Part shown: positions 1-6,383 of the stretch, one piece after another | How positions within the stretch are numbered: the stretch's first letter is position 1 | How the letters are laid out: every line of letters starts with the position of its first letter | NCBI GenBank assembly: GCA_042568285.1 | Contig: JBHPIX010000027.1 | Location: 1-12,141 of the forward strand | Reading direction: 5' to 3' | DNA: 12,141 bases | Source of the DNA: Patescibacteria group bacterium | GTDB taxonomy: Bacteria; Patescibacteriota; Patescibacteriia; JAZDEU01 | Position numbers and translations under genes: made by a program | Notes under the pieces: generated by a model | Seen by the model: only the letters and a program-made list of their open reading frames with translations | Told to the model about the DNA's origin: nothing | Database searches by the model: none

Positions 1-16
1 CAAAAAAGGGAAGAAG

Positions 17-406
17 ATGCACTATTCTGTCGGCGCATTGATAGAAAAAGACGGCAAATATCTTTTAATAGATAGAGTTAACCCGCCGTATGGGTTTTCG
101 GGCATTGCAGGTCATATTGATGAGAATGAAAATGAAACTGAAGCGCTTATAAGAGAAGTGAAAGAAGAAAGCGGTTTGAAAGTAATAAAACATTCTTTGC
201 TTTTTGAGGAGGAGGTTGATGGCAATGAATGCCACAGAGGAATTAAAACGCATTATTGGTATGTGTTTAACTGTGATGTGGTAGGTGAAATATCTCAAAA
301 TGAAAGGGAAGTAAAATCAATTGGCTGGTACACAAAAGAACAAATCCGCGATTTAAAATTAGAGCCTGTTTGGGAATATTGGTTTAAAAAACTTAAATTA
401 ATATAA
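17..406 (+). CDS. NUDIX hydrolase (nucleoside diphosphate-X / NTP pyrophosphohydrolase), 129 aa
   Basis: Complete ORF. The Nudix box GHIDENENETEALIREVKEESGL fits GX5EX7REUXEEXGU exactly. A purine-rich AAGGGAAG sits 5-12 nt upstream of the ATG. Confidence 0.85.
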   Translation: MHYSVGALIEKDGKYLLIDRVNPPYGFSGIAGHIDENENETEALIREVKEESGLKVIKHSLLFEEEVDGNECHRGIKTHYWYVFNCDVVGEISQNEREVKSIGWYTKEQIRDLKLEPVWEYWFKKLKLI

Positions 407-419
407 CAATTTTCCAAAA

Positions 420-448
420 TTGACCATAACGGAAAGTTATGGTATTTT
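420..448 (+). promoter_or_regulatory. Candidate sigma70-like promoter TTGACC-17-TATTTT for the peptidase gene
   Basis: TTGACC at 420-425, a 17-nt spacer, TATTTT at 443-448, then 14 nt to the ATG at 463. No Shine-Dalgarno is visible. Confidence 0.3.
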
Positions 449-462
449 AGTAGTAGTGTTTT

Positions 463-1869
463 ATGGAAGATATATCAAGACAAATTAAGAAATTTACTGT
501 TAAGGCAGTCCTTTTTTTGTTTAAAGGGCTTATTTTGTTGAAGCGAATTATAGCTCCTATTTTTAAAGCTATTAAAATTTTATTTTCCTCGCTGTTTAAA
601 ATTTTTTTAAAGGTAGGTGGTAAAAGTATAATATTATCAGTTTATAAGGGTTATACATTTATAAAGAAAATTTTAGCAACTGCTTTTTTACCTGCTAAAA
701 ATAAAATATTATATCCATTAATAAATAAAGGAACTATACATTTTATCGTTATATTTTTAACTGTTCTTATTTTAGTATCAAATATTAAGGCAAAAATTAT
801 TCATGCCGAAAATATTGAAGAGATTATTGGTGGAAATAGCATTTTAGCTTCTTTAGTGTCAGAAGAATTAGGAGATACTGAAATTATTGAAGAAATGGCG
901 GATGTGGAAAGTGATATAGTTAAGCACCTGCAAACAGATTATTTAGATGAGAAATCTTTTGGAGTTAAAGATACAAATCAGCAGATAGGGACATCTCATG
1001 AGGATACAGCAGATGGAGTTGAAGAAGAATTCCAAAAAGCAATGATAATATCAGGATCAGACGCTCTTGTTAAACCTGATATTACTTCTACATTAGAAAC
1101 ACCAGAAAAAAGAGATGAAATAATTCAATATCTTGTGCAAACAGGAGATGTTATTGGTTCTATTGCTTCAAAATTTAATGTTAGTATGAATACAATTCTT
1201 TGGGAAAATAATTTAAGCTATTATAGTATTATAAGACCTGGAGATACATTAAGTATATTGCCAGTTTCAGGAATTTCTCATTCTGTTAAATCTGGAGAGA
1301 CATTAGGCTTTATTGCGAATAAATATAGCGCTGAAATTGATAAAGTTTTAGCTTATAATAATTTAAAAGAAACAGATGTTATAAATAAAGGGCAAAAATT
1401 GATTATTCCTGATGGAATAAAACGCGTTGTTAGCGTGCCTTCTGTAGCTAGCGCTGGAAGCAGTAATATACAGAAAGTTTTCGCTGGCGCTCCATCAAAG
1501 TATGCCGCAGATTCAGGATTTATATGGCCGACAACAACGAAACGGATTACACAATATTACAATTGGAAACATCATGGCTTAGATATAGGAGGCAAGACTG
1601 GAAATTCAATATACGCGATAGAAAAAGGGCAAATTATTTTAAGCGGTTGGACAAAAGGTTATGGATACAATATAATTGTTGATCATGGAGGAGGGCAGAA
1701 AAGTCGTTACGCCCATTTTTCTAAACTTTATGTAAAGAAGGGAGCTTTGGTTAGTAAAGGTCAGCAGATAGGGGAAATGGGCTCCACAGGGTGGTCAACA
1801 GGACCTCATCTGCATTTAGAGATTATTATAAATGGCGCTAAAGTTAATCCATTGAAATATATTAAATAA
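463..1869 (+). CDS. LysM-domain M23 (LytM/lysostaphin-type) peptidoglycan endopeptidase, membrane-anchored, 468 aa
   Basis: N-terminal hydrophobic anchor (IHFIVIFLTVLILVSNI). Two LysM repeats (YLVQTGDVIGSIASKFNVSMNTILWENNL... and HSVKSGETLGFIANKYSAEIDKVLAYNNL...). C-terminal M23 signature HxxxD...HLH (WKHHGLDIGG ... GSTGWSTGPHLHLEI). The true start may lie downstream of 463, since the first 90 aa are a low-complexity basic/hydrophobic stretch. Confidence 0.85.
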   Translation: MEDISRQIKKFTVKAVLFLFKGLILLKRIIAPIFKAIKILFSSLFKIFLKVGGKSIILSVYKGYTFIKKILATAFLPAKNKILYPLINKGTIHFIVIFLTVLILVSNIKAKIIHAENIEEIIGGNSILASLVSEELGDTEIIEEMADVESDIVKHLQTDYLDEKSFGVKDTNQQIGTSHEDTADGVEEEFQKAMIISGSDALVKPDITSTLETPEKRDEIIQYLVQTGDVIGSIASKFNVSMNTILWENNLSYYSIIRPGDTLSILPVSGISHSVKSGETLGFIANKYSAEIDKVLAYNNLKETDVINKGQKLIIPDGIKRVVSVPSVASAGSSNIQKVFAGAPSKYAADSGFIWPTTTKRITQYYNWKHHGLDIGGKTGNSIYAIEKGQIILSGWTKGYGYNIIVDHGGGQKSRYAHFSKLYVKKGALVSKGQQIGEMGSTGWSTGPHLHLEIIINGAKVNPLKYIK

Positions 1870-1960
1870 CTCCTGCTGGCGCACGCGGATTGATCGCAGA
1901 TAGCGACGCGAATATAACGCGGAAACGCGGATTGTGCAGATGAGTCTGCGGAGCTTAGTT

Positions 1961-1981
1961 CCCCCTCCTTTGAGGAGGGGG
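1961..1981 (+). terminator. GC-rich hairpin CCCCCTCC-TTTG-GGAGGGGG downstream of the peptidase gene. Possible intrinsic terminator or structured element.
   Basis: Perfect 8-bp G/C stem with a 4-nt loop, followed by AAAGGGGGAGGTTTTAG. The weak T-tract keeps terminator assignment tentative. It lies in a 130-bp GC-rich island inside an AT-rich genome. Confidence 0.35.
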
Positions 1982-2107
1982 AAAGGGGGAGGTTTTAGTA
2001 GGGCATTATAATATAATATTTTTTTCAATAATCAGTTTTTGTATAGTTCATTTGTTCTTTATATAAATAAATATTTTAACAAAATTTGATAGAAAGGAAG
2101 AAAAAAA

Positions 2108-2296
2108 ATGAATAACAAGAAAGGTTTAAAAAAATCAGTAGGTTTAAAACTTAAAGAAAATTCTTTAGGAGCAAAAAAAAGTACTTTAGGCAAAAAAACA
2201 ATAACTAAACGAATAGAAAAAGTAATGAAGGGAGTTTGTCCCCCTGAGAGATCTAATGATTGGAATAGGCTATATAATCAAATTATGGGGATTTAG
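2108..2296 (+). CDS. Hypothetical small lysine-rich protein, 62 aa
   Basis: AAAGGAAG Shine-Dalgarno-like sequence 10 nt upstream of the ATG. No overlap with other genes. Followed by a bidirectional terminator. No recognisable domain (MNNKKGLKKSVGLKLKENSLGAKK...CPPERSNDW). Confidence 0.4.
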   Translation: MNNKKGLKKSVGLKLKENSLGAKKSTLGKKTITKRIEKVMKGVCPPERSNDWNRLYNQIMGI

Positions 2297-2329
2297 CGAG
2301 AATAGATCTTTTAAAAAATTTTAAAAAAT

Positions 2330-2367
2330 AAAATGGGCAAGAAAAATATTATTCTTGTCCATTTTTT
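2330..2367. terminator. Bidirectional intrinsic terminator between convergent genes
   Basis: 14-bp stem AAAATGGGCAAGAA / TTCTTGTCCATTTT with one G-U wobble and an 8-nt loop. Flanked by an A-run upstream and a T-run downstream, so it works on either strand. It sits between the + small ORF and the 3' end of the minus-strand MazG gene. Confidence 0.55.
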
Positions 2368-2644
2368 ACTTCTCAAATTTTTTCTGGCATTCAATGGCTA
2401 ATAAAATACATTCTTCAGGATCATATCCTAATTCCTCACAGAAACGGATAGTGGAGAAAATTATATTTCCCAATTCTTTTTTTAACTCATCATCAGTGTG
2501 TTTGTATAAATCTTTCTTCGCATTACGTTCATATCGGCAGATGTCGCCGAAGACTACGCCAATGCGAGCGATAATTTGGGACAAAGATAATTTTTCATCG
2601 CCCCAAATGTCTTTAGATTGTTCAAGTAGTTGTTTAATTTCCAT
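2366..2644 (-). CDS. MazG-like nucleotide pyrophosphohydrolase (small all-alpha NTP-PPase), 92 aa
   Basis: EExxE/D acidic motifs typical of the MazG/YpjD family (KKELGNIIFSTIRFCEELGYDPEE, IWGDEKLSLSQIIARIGVVFGDICRYERN). I prefer the ATG at 2644 (MEIKQLL...). The ORF-track start at 2701 would put a predicted terminator hairpin and T-tract inside the coding region, and its extra 19 aa are non-conserved. Confidence 0.7.
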   Translation of the reverse strand: MEIKQLLEQSKDIWGDEKLSLSQIIARIGVVFGDICRYERNAKKDLYKHTDDELKKELGNIIFSTIRFCEELGYDPEECILLAIECQKKFEK

Positions 2645-2695
2645 ATAGGTATAGTGATTAAAATTGTAAGTAAAATTTACAAGATGTCTAAAAAC

Positions 2696-2778
2696 TGTCA
2701 TCCCGTGCTTGACACGGGATCCAGAAAAGTTAAAATTTGGCTTAATTAACTGGATCCCGCATCAAGCGCGGGATGACA
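2696..2778 (-). terminator. GC-rich nested twin-hairpin palindromic element. Probable terminator of the minus-strand flavoprotein operon and possibly a protein-binding site.
   Basis: Hairpin A is ATCCCGTG-CTTGA-CACGGGAT (2700-2720). Hairpin B is ATCCCGC-ATCAAGC-GCGGGAT (2754-2774). Complementary flanks are TGTC/GACA and CCAG/CTGG, with a 25-nt AT-rich centre. On the minus strand it is followed by GTTTTTAG (plus 2686-2695). It lies 48 nt downstream of the flavoprotein stop. Confidence 0.45.
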
Positions 2779-2825
2779 AAACGTTTATTTATACCGTTTT
2801 AGACAGACTGCAGTTGTTTTTAAAT

Positions 2826-4133
2826 TTATATACTATTTTCGCCAGCCAAATATCCAGTGCTCCATGCGATTTGCAGATTATATCCGCCAGTCGGGCCGTC
2901 AATATCTAAAATTTCACCAGCAAAATATAGATTGTCTATTATTTTTGATTTCATTGTTTTGGGATTAACTTCTTTCAAACATACTCCGCCTGAAGTTATG
3001 ATAGCTTTTTCAAAACCAACAAGTCCTTTAACATTAAGTTCAAATTCTTTTAAGAGTTTGATAATTTTTTTTCTTTCAATTTTTGTTACTTCATTTACTT
3101 TTTTATTTTCATCAATTCCAGATAATTTAATAATAACAGGGATAAGTTTTTTAGGCAATAAGTCGTTCAAGCTATTTTTGAATTGTTTGTTTTTCTGTCC
3201 ATTAAAATCTTTTTGAACCCTTTTATCTAAAGTCGGATAATCAAGCGCTGGCTTGAAATCAATTTTTATTTTAAGGTTTTTGCAATCGCTGTCATTGATT
3301 ATTTTACTTAAATCTAATATTATTGGACCGCTTAATCCATTATTAGTAAAAAGCGCCTCGCCAAAACGAGAATCAATCTTGCGATTTTTCCATAAACTTA
3401 TTTCTACATTTTTTAAACTTAAGCCCTCAAGTTCTTTAACTATTTTTTCTTTAACAATAATAGGCGTAAGAGCTGGTTTTGGTTCTATTACAGTATGTCC
3501 TATTTGTTTAAGCCATTTATACCCATCGCCAGCAGAGCCAGTTTTAGGATAAGTTTTCCCTCCAGTCGCAAACACATAATTATCAGCGACAACTTTTTCG
3601 CCATTTTTTAAAATAATTTTTTTTATCTTAGACACGCCGAAGCCTTGCCGTAGGCGGTTTCCATCTTTATAGTCAACCATTATTTTTTCAACAGGACTAT
3701 TTAATTTTATTTCTACTTTGTTGTTTTGTAAATATTTTTCTAAACAATCTACAATGTCTTTAGCTTTATCTGAAACAGGGAAGACCCTTTGACCTCTTTC
3801 TGTTTTAATTTTAACTCCACGACTTTCAAAAAAGTCAATTACATCTTTATTAGAGAATTTATTTAAAGCAGAATATAAAAATTTTCCATTTTGTCCATAT
3901 ATGTTTATGATTTTTTTTATATCTTCTTCAGCATTTGTTATATTGCATCTGCCTTTTCCAGTCATTAAAAGTTTTATCCCAAGCCGTTCATTTTTTTCAA
4001 TTAAAATAACATTAGAACTAAGTTCTCCAGCATGTCCAGCTGTTATCATACCAGCTGGTCCTCCGCCAATTATTGCTAATTTATATTTTTTTATTTTTTC
4101 TGGATGACAGGTTCCAATAACTAATATTTTCAT
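2826..4133 (-). CDS. NAD(P)/FAD-dependent oxidoreductase, HI0933/BaiN (YhiN-like, aminoacetone-oxidase-family) flavoprotein, 435 aa
   Basis: N-terminal dinucleotide fold KLAIIGGGPAG. C-terminal family signature SGGVCLKEVNPKTMKSKIIDNLYFAGEILDIDGPTGGYNLQIAWSTGYLAG. The ATG at 4133-4131 is 1 nt from the TAA of the upstream SPFH gene (4137-4135). Confidence 0.85.
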   Translation of the reverse strand: MKILVIGTCHPEKIKKYKLAIIGGGPAGMITAGHAGELSSNVILIEKNERLGIKLLMTGKGRCNITNAEEDIKKIINIYGQNGKFLYSALNKFSNKDVIDFFESRGVKIKTERGQRVFPVSDKAKDIVDCLEKYLQNNKVEIKLNSPVEKIMVDYKDGNRLRQGFGVSKIKKIILKNGEKVVADNYVFATGGKTYPKTGSAGDGYKWLKQIGHTVIEPKPALTPIIVKEKIVKELEGLSLKNVEISLWKNRKIDSRFGEALFTNNGLSGPIILDLSKIINDSDCKNLKIKIDFKPALDYPTLDKRVQKDFNGQKNKQFKNSLNDLLPKKLIPVIIKLSGIDENKKVNEVTKIERKKIIKLLKEFELNVKGLVGFEKAIITSGGVCLKEVNPKTMKSKIIDNLYFAGEILDIDGPTGGYNLQIAWSTGYLAGENSI

Positions 4134-4134
4134 A

Positions 4135-5217
4135 TTACTGTATACCCTTAAACATAGGCATGCCAGTTGAAGGACTTATAGGAACATAGATAGTGCCTTC
4201 ACGATCTTTGAGTTCATTGATATATAAATAATCAAGATATCTTTGGGTTAAACTTTCATTGATGATTTTTTGCGCGTCCCGTTGACCAGCAGCTTGTATT
4301 CGTTTTCTTTCTGCTTCTTTTTCTTCTTTAATAAGCACAAATTCCATTTGTTTCGCTTGTTGGTCTGCTTCTAATTTTACTTCTATTGATCTTGTAAGCC
4401 CAGAAGGCAATGTGACATTTCTTAAAAGAACTGATTCAATTGTAATACCTCTAGGGTTGATTGTCTTTATAAGATTATCTTCTATACTCTGTGTTAATTC
4501 AGCTCTTTTCTCAGTATAAATATCAACAGCATCATAGGTCGCGGCAATTTCTCTTATAGTAGCTCTAATCTCTGGTCTTATAATTTTTTGCGCGAAGTCT
4601 ATTCCAATATCTTTATATACATTAGACGCTTTATTCTGTTCAAGGTGATATAACACAGTAAGATCTAAATCAATATTCAATCCTTCCTTTGTTAATGTTT
4701 GAATTGAATCGTCTCCCATTATTTTCCCTTCTCCACGGACGCCGCTCATTGTATATTCTTCTGTTCGTATGCTCATCTTAGTAACTTTAGCAAAAGGATT
4801 TATAAAATGAAGTCCAGAGGAGAGCTCGTTTTCTCTGACTTTTCCAAAAAGGTGATGGACACCTGTTTCACCAGCTGGAATAATAACTATCATTGTTGAT
4901 AAAAGAAGTATTATTAAAACTAAAAGAATTCCTGTTGTTATAAGTTTTTTAGGTAAGTCAATATTAATCATATTTTTAATTTTTCTTTCCATAGAATCAG
5001 GATCAATATAGTCCTGATTTGAATGGTTAGGAATTGTATTATTATATGCGAATTTTTTAATTTTAATAAGTTTAGAAAAAATATAGAAAAATAGGAAAAT
5101 AAAAATGAGAGAAAGTATGATTTGAGGCAAAACACTAAAAATCATTTTCGCGAATAAAAAAATGATGAAAAATATTAAAATGGTTTTTATTAGTTTTTGA
5201 TTGTTATTTGCTGGCAT
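4135..5217 (-). CDS. SPFH/Band-7 (prohibitin/HflC-like) membrane protein, 360 aa
   Basis: TM helix followed by the SPFH core (IIPAGETGVHHLFGKV...SSGLHFINPFAKV...) and a C-terminal coiled-coil (EADQQAKQMEF...EAERKRIQAAGQRDAQKI). The start is uncertain: the ATG at 5217 adds 75 aa with two extra hydrophobic segments, while the internal ATG at 4992 (MERKIKNM...) would give a canonical single-TM SPFH protein. Confidence 0.8.
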   Translation of the reverse strand: MPANNNQKLIKTILIFFIIFLFAKMIFSVLPQIILSLIFIFLFFYIFSKLIKIKKFAYNNTIPNHSNQDYIDPDSMERKIKNMINIDLPKKLITTGILLVLIILLLSTMIVIIPAGETGVHHLFGKVRENELSSGLHFINPFAKVTKMSIRTEEYTMSGVRGEGKIMGDDSIQTLTKEGLNIDLDLTVLYHLEQNKASNVYKDIGIDFAQKIIRPEIRATIREIAATYDAVDIYTEKRAELTQSIEDNLIKTINPRGITIESVLLRNVTLPSGLTRSIEVKLEADQQAKQMEFVLIKEEKEAERKRIQAAGQRDAQKIINESLTQRYLDYLYINELKDREGTIYVPISPSTGMPMFKGIQ

Positions 5218-5221
5218 ATAG

Positions 5222-5235
5222 GTATATTTATATAC
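5222..5235. promoter_or_regulatory. Perfect palindrome GTATAT-TT-ATATAC immediately upstream of the SPFH start. Candidate operator or -10 region.
   Basis: 6+2+6 perfect inverted repeat, 5 nt upstream of the ATG at 5217. Followed by a direct 8-mer repeat AATGATTG at 5243-5250 and 5259-5266. Confidence 0.3.
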
Positions 5236-5275
5236 TACTTCTAATGATTGTTTATGTCAATGATTGCGTGGAAAT

Positions 5276-6295
5276 TTACCTCGTCGCGAGTCCCCTTTTT
5301 ATCATAGATTCTACTTCATCGTTTGCATTAACATAGTTTATATCAATGTCAATATGTTTATTTTGGAAAACCCTAAAAACTTCATCTACAAATGCTTGTC
5401 CGACTGATTCTACATTTTTGAAATCTAGAATTATAGACTTAAATTTTTCCAAGCCTATCAAGAGTCGTTTTGCTTGTGATCTTGATACATGTGGGTCATT
5501 TGGGTCAGCACTGAGTGCAACAGCAACTTTTGTTTTCCAAAATCCTATTTCTATACCTGCATATTGATCAAAAATTTCTTTAGTAGTTTTTTTTGATTGG
5601 AGAGAAATTGTCATCGTGATACATGTTCCTTTTCCAAAATTTTCATTTTTCTCGGGAGATAAAAACCATTCTTGATTTTGAAAACTATAATACAGATCAC
5701 TAGAAAGAATGGAAAAGCGGTCAAACATTCTAGATGCAAAAAAAATTCCCTCACCCGTATGCTTAGAAGGATCTGTTGTAAATTTTCCTTTTGAAAGATG
5801 AAGAATGGATTCTTTTATTGATTCTATTTGAAGTGCTTCCTGAATTTTTTTATATATACCTACGCCATTATCCATTATCGTAATAGTGAGATTGTCATTT
5901 GCTAATTTAATTTTAGAATATATACTTGTTCCTTGTGAATGATCAATAGCATTATTAAAAATTTCAGTAAAACCAAAGTCAGAAATGTTTAGTATGTTGC
6001 GAGAGCATTTTAGAAGCAGTGGCTTTACATATTTTAACCAGACTTGATCTTCTGCTAAACTAGGCTCTATTTTTATCGAAAATTCAATTTCATTGCCATC
6101 AGCCGGAAAATAACGTGTTGACCTCGTCTTACCTACTTTAATTAAGCTTCCTTTTTTTACTTGTCTTGTCACGTAGTTATGTGCTCTTTGCCTAGAAATT
6201 TTATATTTTTCTGCAACTAGAGCAACTAAGTCATTTTGGTTTGTTTTAGCCTTTTCTAGTATAAAATCGCTTATTTTAGGGTGATTTTTATTCAT
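5276..6295 (-). CDS. Three-domain protein: N-terminal winged HTH, central GHKL (Bergerat-fold, RsbW/SpoIIAB-like) ATPase/kinase, C-terminal STAS-like (DUF4325-like) domain. 339 aa.
   Basis: The HTH-like segment is DLVALVAEKYKISRQRAHNYVTRQVKKGSLIKVGKTRSTRY. GHKL motifs are the N-box EIFNNAIDH, G1 IMDNGVGI and G2 HTGEGIFFA. The C-terminal ILDFKNVESVGQAFVDEVFRVF resembles the DUF4325/STAS-like signature, recalled from memory and not searched. No Shine-Dalgarno is present, and a promoter-like TTTACA...TACAAT lies within 25 nt of the ATG. Confidence 0.75.
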   Translation of the reverse strand: MNKNHPKISDFILEKAKTNQNDLVALVAEKYKISRQRAHNYVTRQVKKGSLIKVGKTRSTRYFPADGNEIEFSIKIEPSLAEDQVWLKYVKPLLLKCSRNILNISDFGFTEIFNNAIDHSQGTSIYSKIKLANDNLTITIMDNGVGIYKKIQEALQIESIKESILHLSKGKFTTDPSKHTGEGIFFASRMFDRFSILSSDLYYSFQNQEWFLSPEKNENFGKGTCITMTISLQSKKTTKEIFDQYAGIEIGFWKTKVAVALSADPNDPHVSRSQAKRLLIGLEKFKSIILDFKNVESVGQAFVDEVFRVFQNKHIDIDINYVNANDEVESMIKRGLATR

Positions 6296-6298
6296 AAA

Positions 6299-6378
6299 TT
6301 TATTGTAAATAGTTTATATGTTTATTGTAAATAGGCTATATGCTCATTGTAAACCCTTTCATGGGTCTTTGTAAACCC
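6299..6378. repeat. Array of four direct repeats at an exact 22-bp period with core TTGTAAA. Candidate operator/iteron array upstream of the wHTH-GHKL gene.
   Basis: Copies start at 6299 and 6321 (identical 14-mer TTTATTGTAAATAG), 6343 (CTCATTGTAAACCC) and 6365 (GTCTTTGTAAACCC). The array is immediately followed by a C8 run (6376-6383) that abuts the comM stop codon. On the coding strand the repeats read TTTACAA and include -35-like TTTACA and -10-like TACAAT hexamers. Confidence 0.75.
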
Positions 6379-6383
6379 CCCCC

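Noticed and set aside
65-298. 77-aa ORF on the minus strand inside the first NUDIX gene
   Set aside because: It is entirely antisense to a well-supported gene with a clear Nudix box. Its low-complexity I/F/K-rich translation is typical of AT-rich antisense frames.
1816-2028. 70-aa minus-strand ORF spanning the peptidase 3' end and the GC-rich island
   Set aside because: It overlaps the end of the M23 peptidase gene. Its Pro/Gly/Arg-rich translation only reflects the G/C runs. No Shine-Dalgarno or domain is visible.
2355-2648. 97-aa plus-strand ORF
   Set aside because: It is antisense to the MazG-like gene and begins inside the bidirectional terminator hairpin.
2696-2778. Considered whether the three-hairpin cloverleaf-like fold is a tRNA or tRNA-like gene
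   Set aside because: Stem lengths (8 and 7 bp arms, 4-bp closing stem) and the missing spacer nucleotides, anticodon arm and T-loop consensus do not fit tRNA geometry. The element is a symmetric palindrome on both strands.
2709-4107. Plus-strand ORFs 2709-2909, 2857-3216, 3253-3552 and 3901-4107
   Set aside because: All are antisense to the HI0933-family flavoprotein gene, which has strong family signatures. Their translations are low-complexity F/L/I/S-rich.
6299-6378. Considered whether the 22-bp periodic repeats are a CRISPR array
   Set aside because: The conserved units are only 8-14 bp, there are no unique spacers of CRISPR size, and no cas genes are nearby. An iteron or operator array fits far better.
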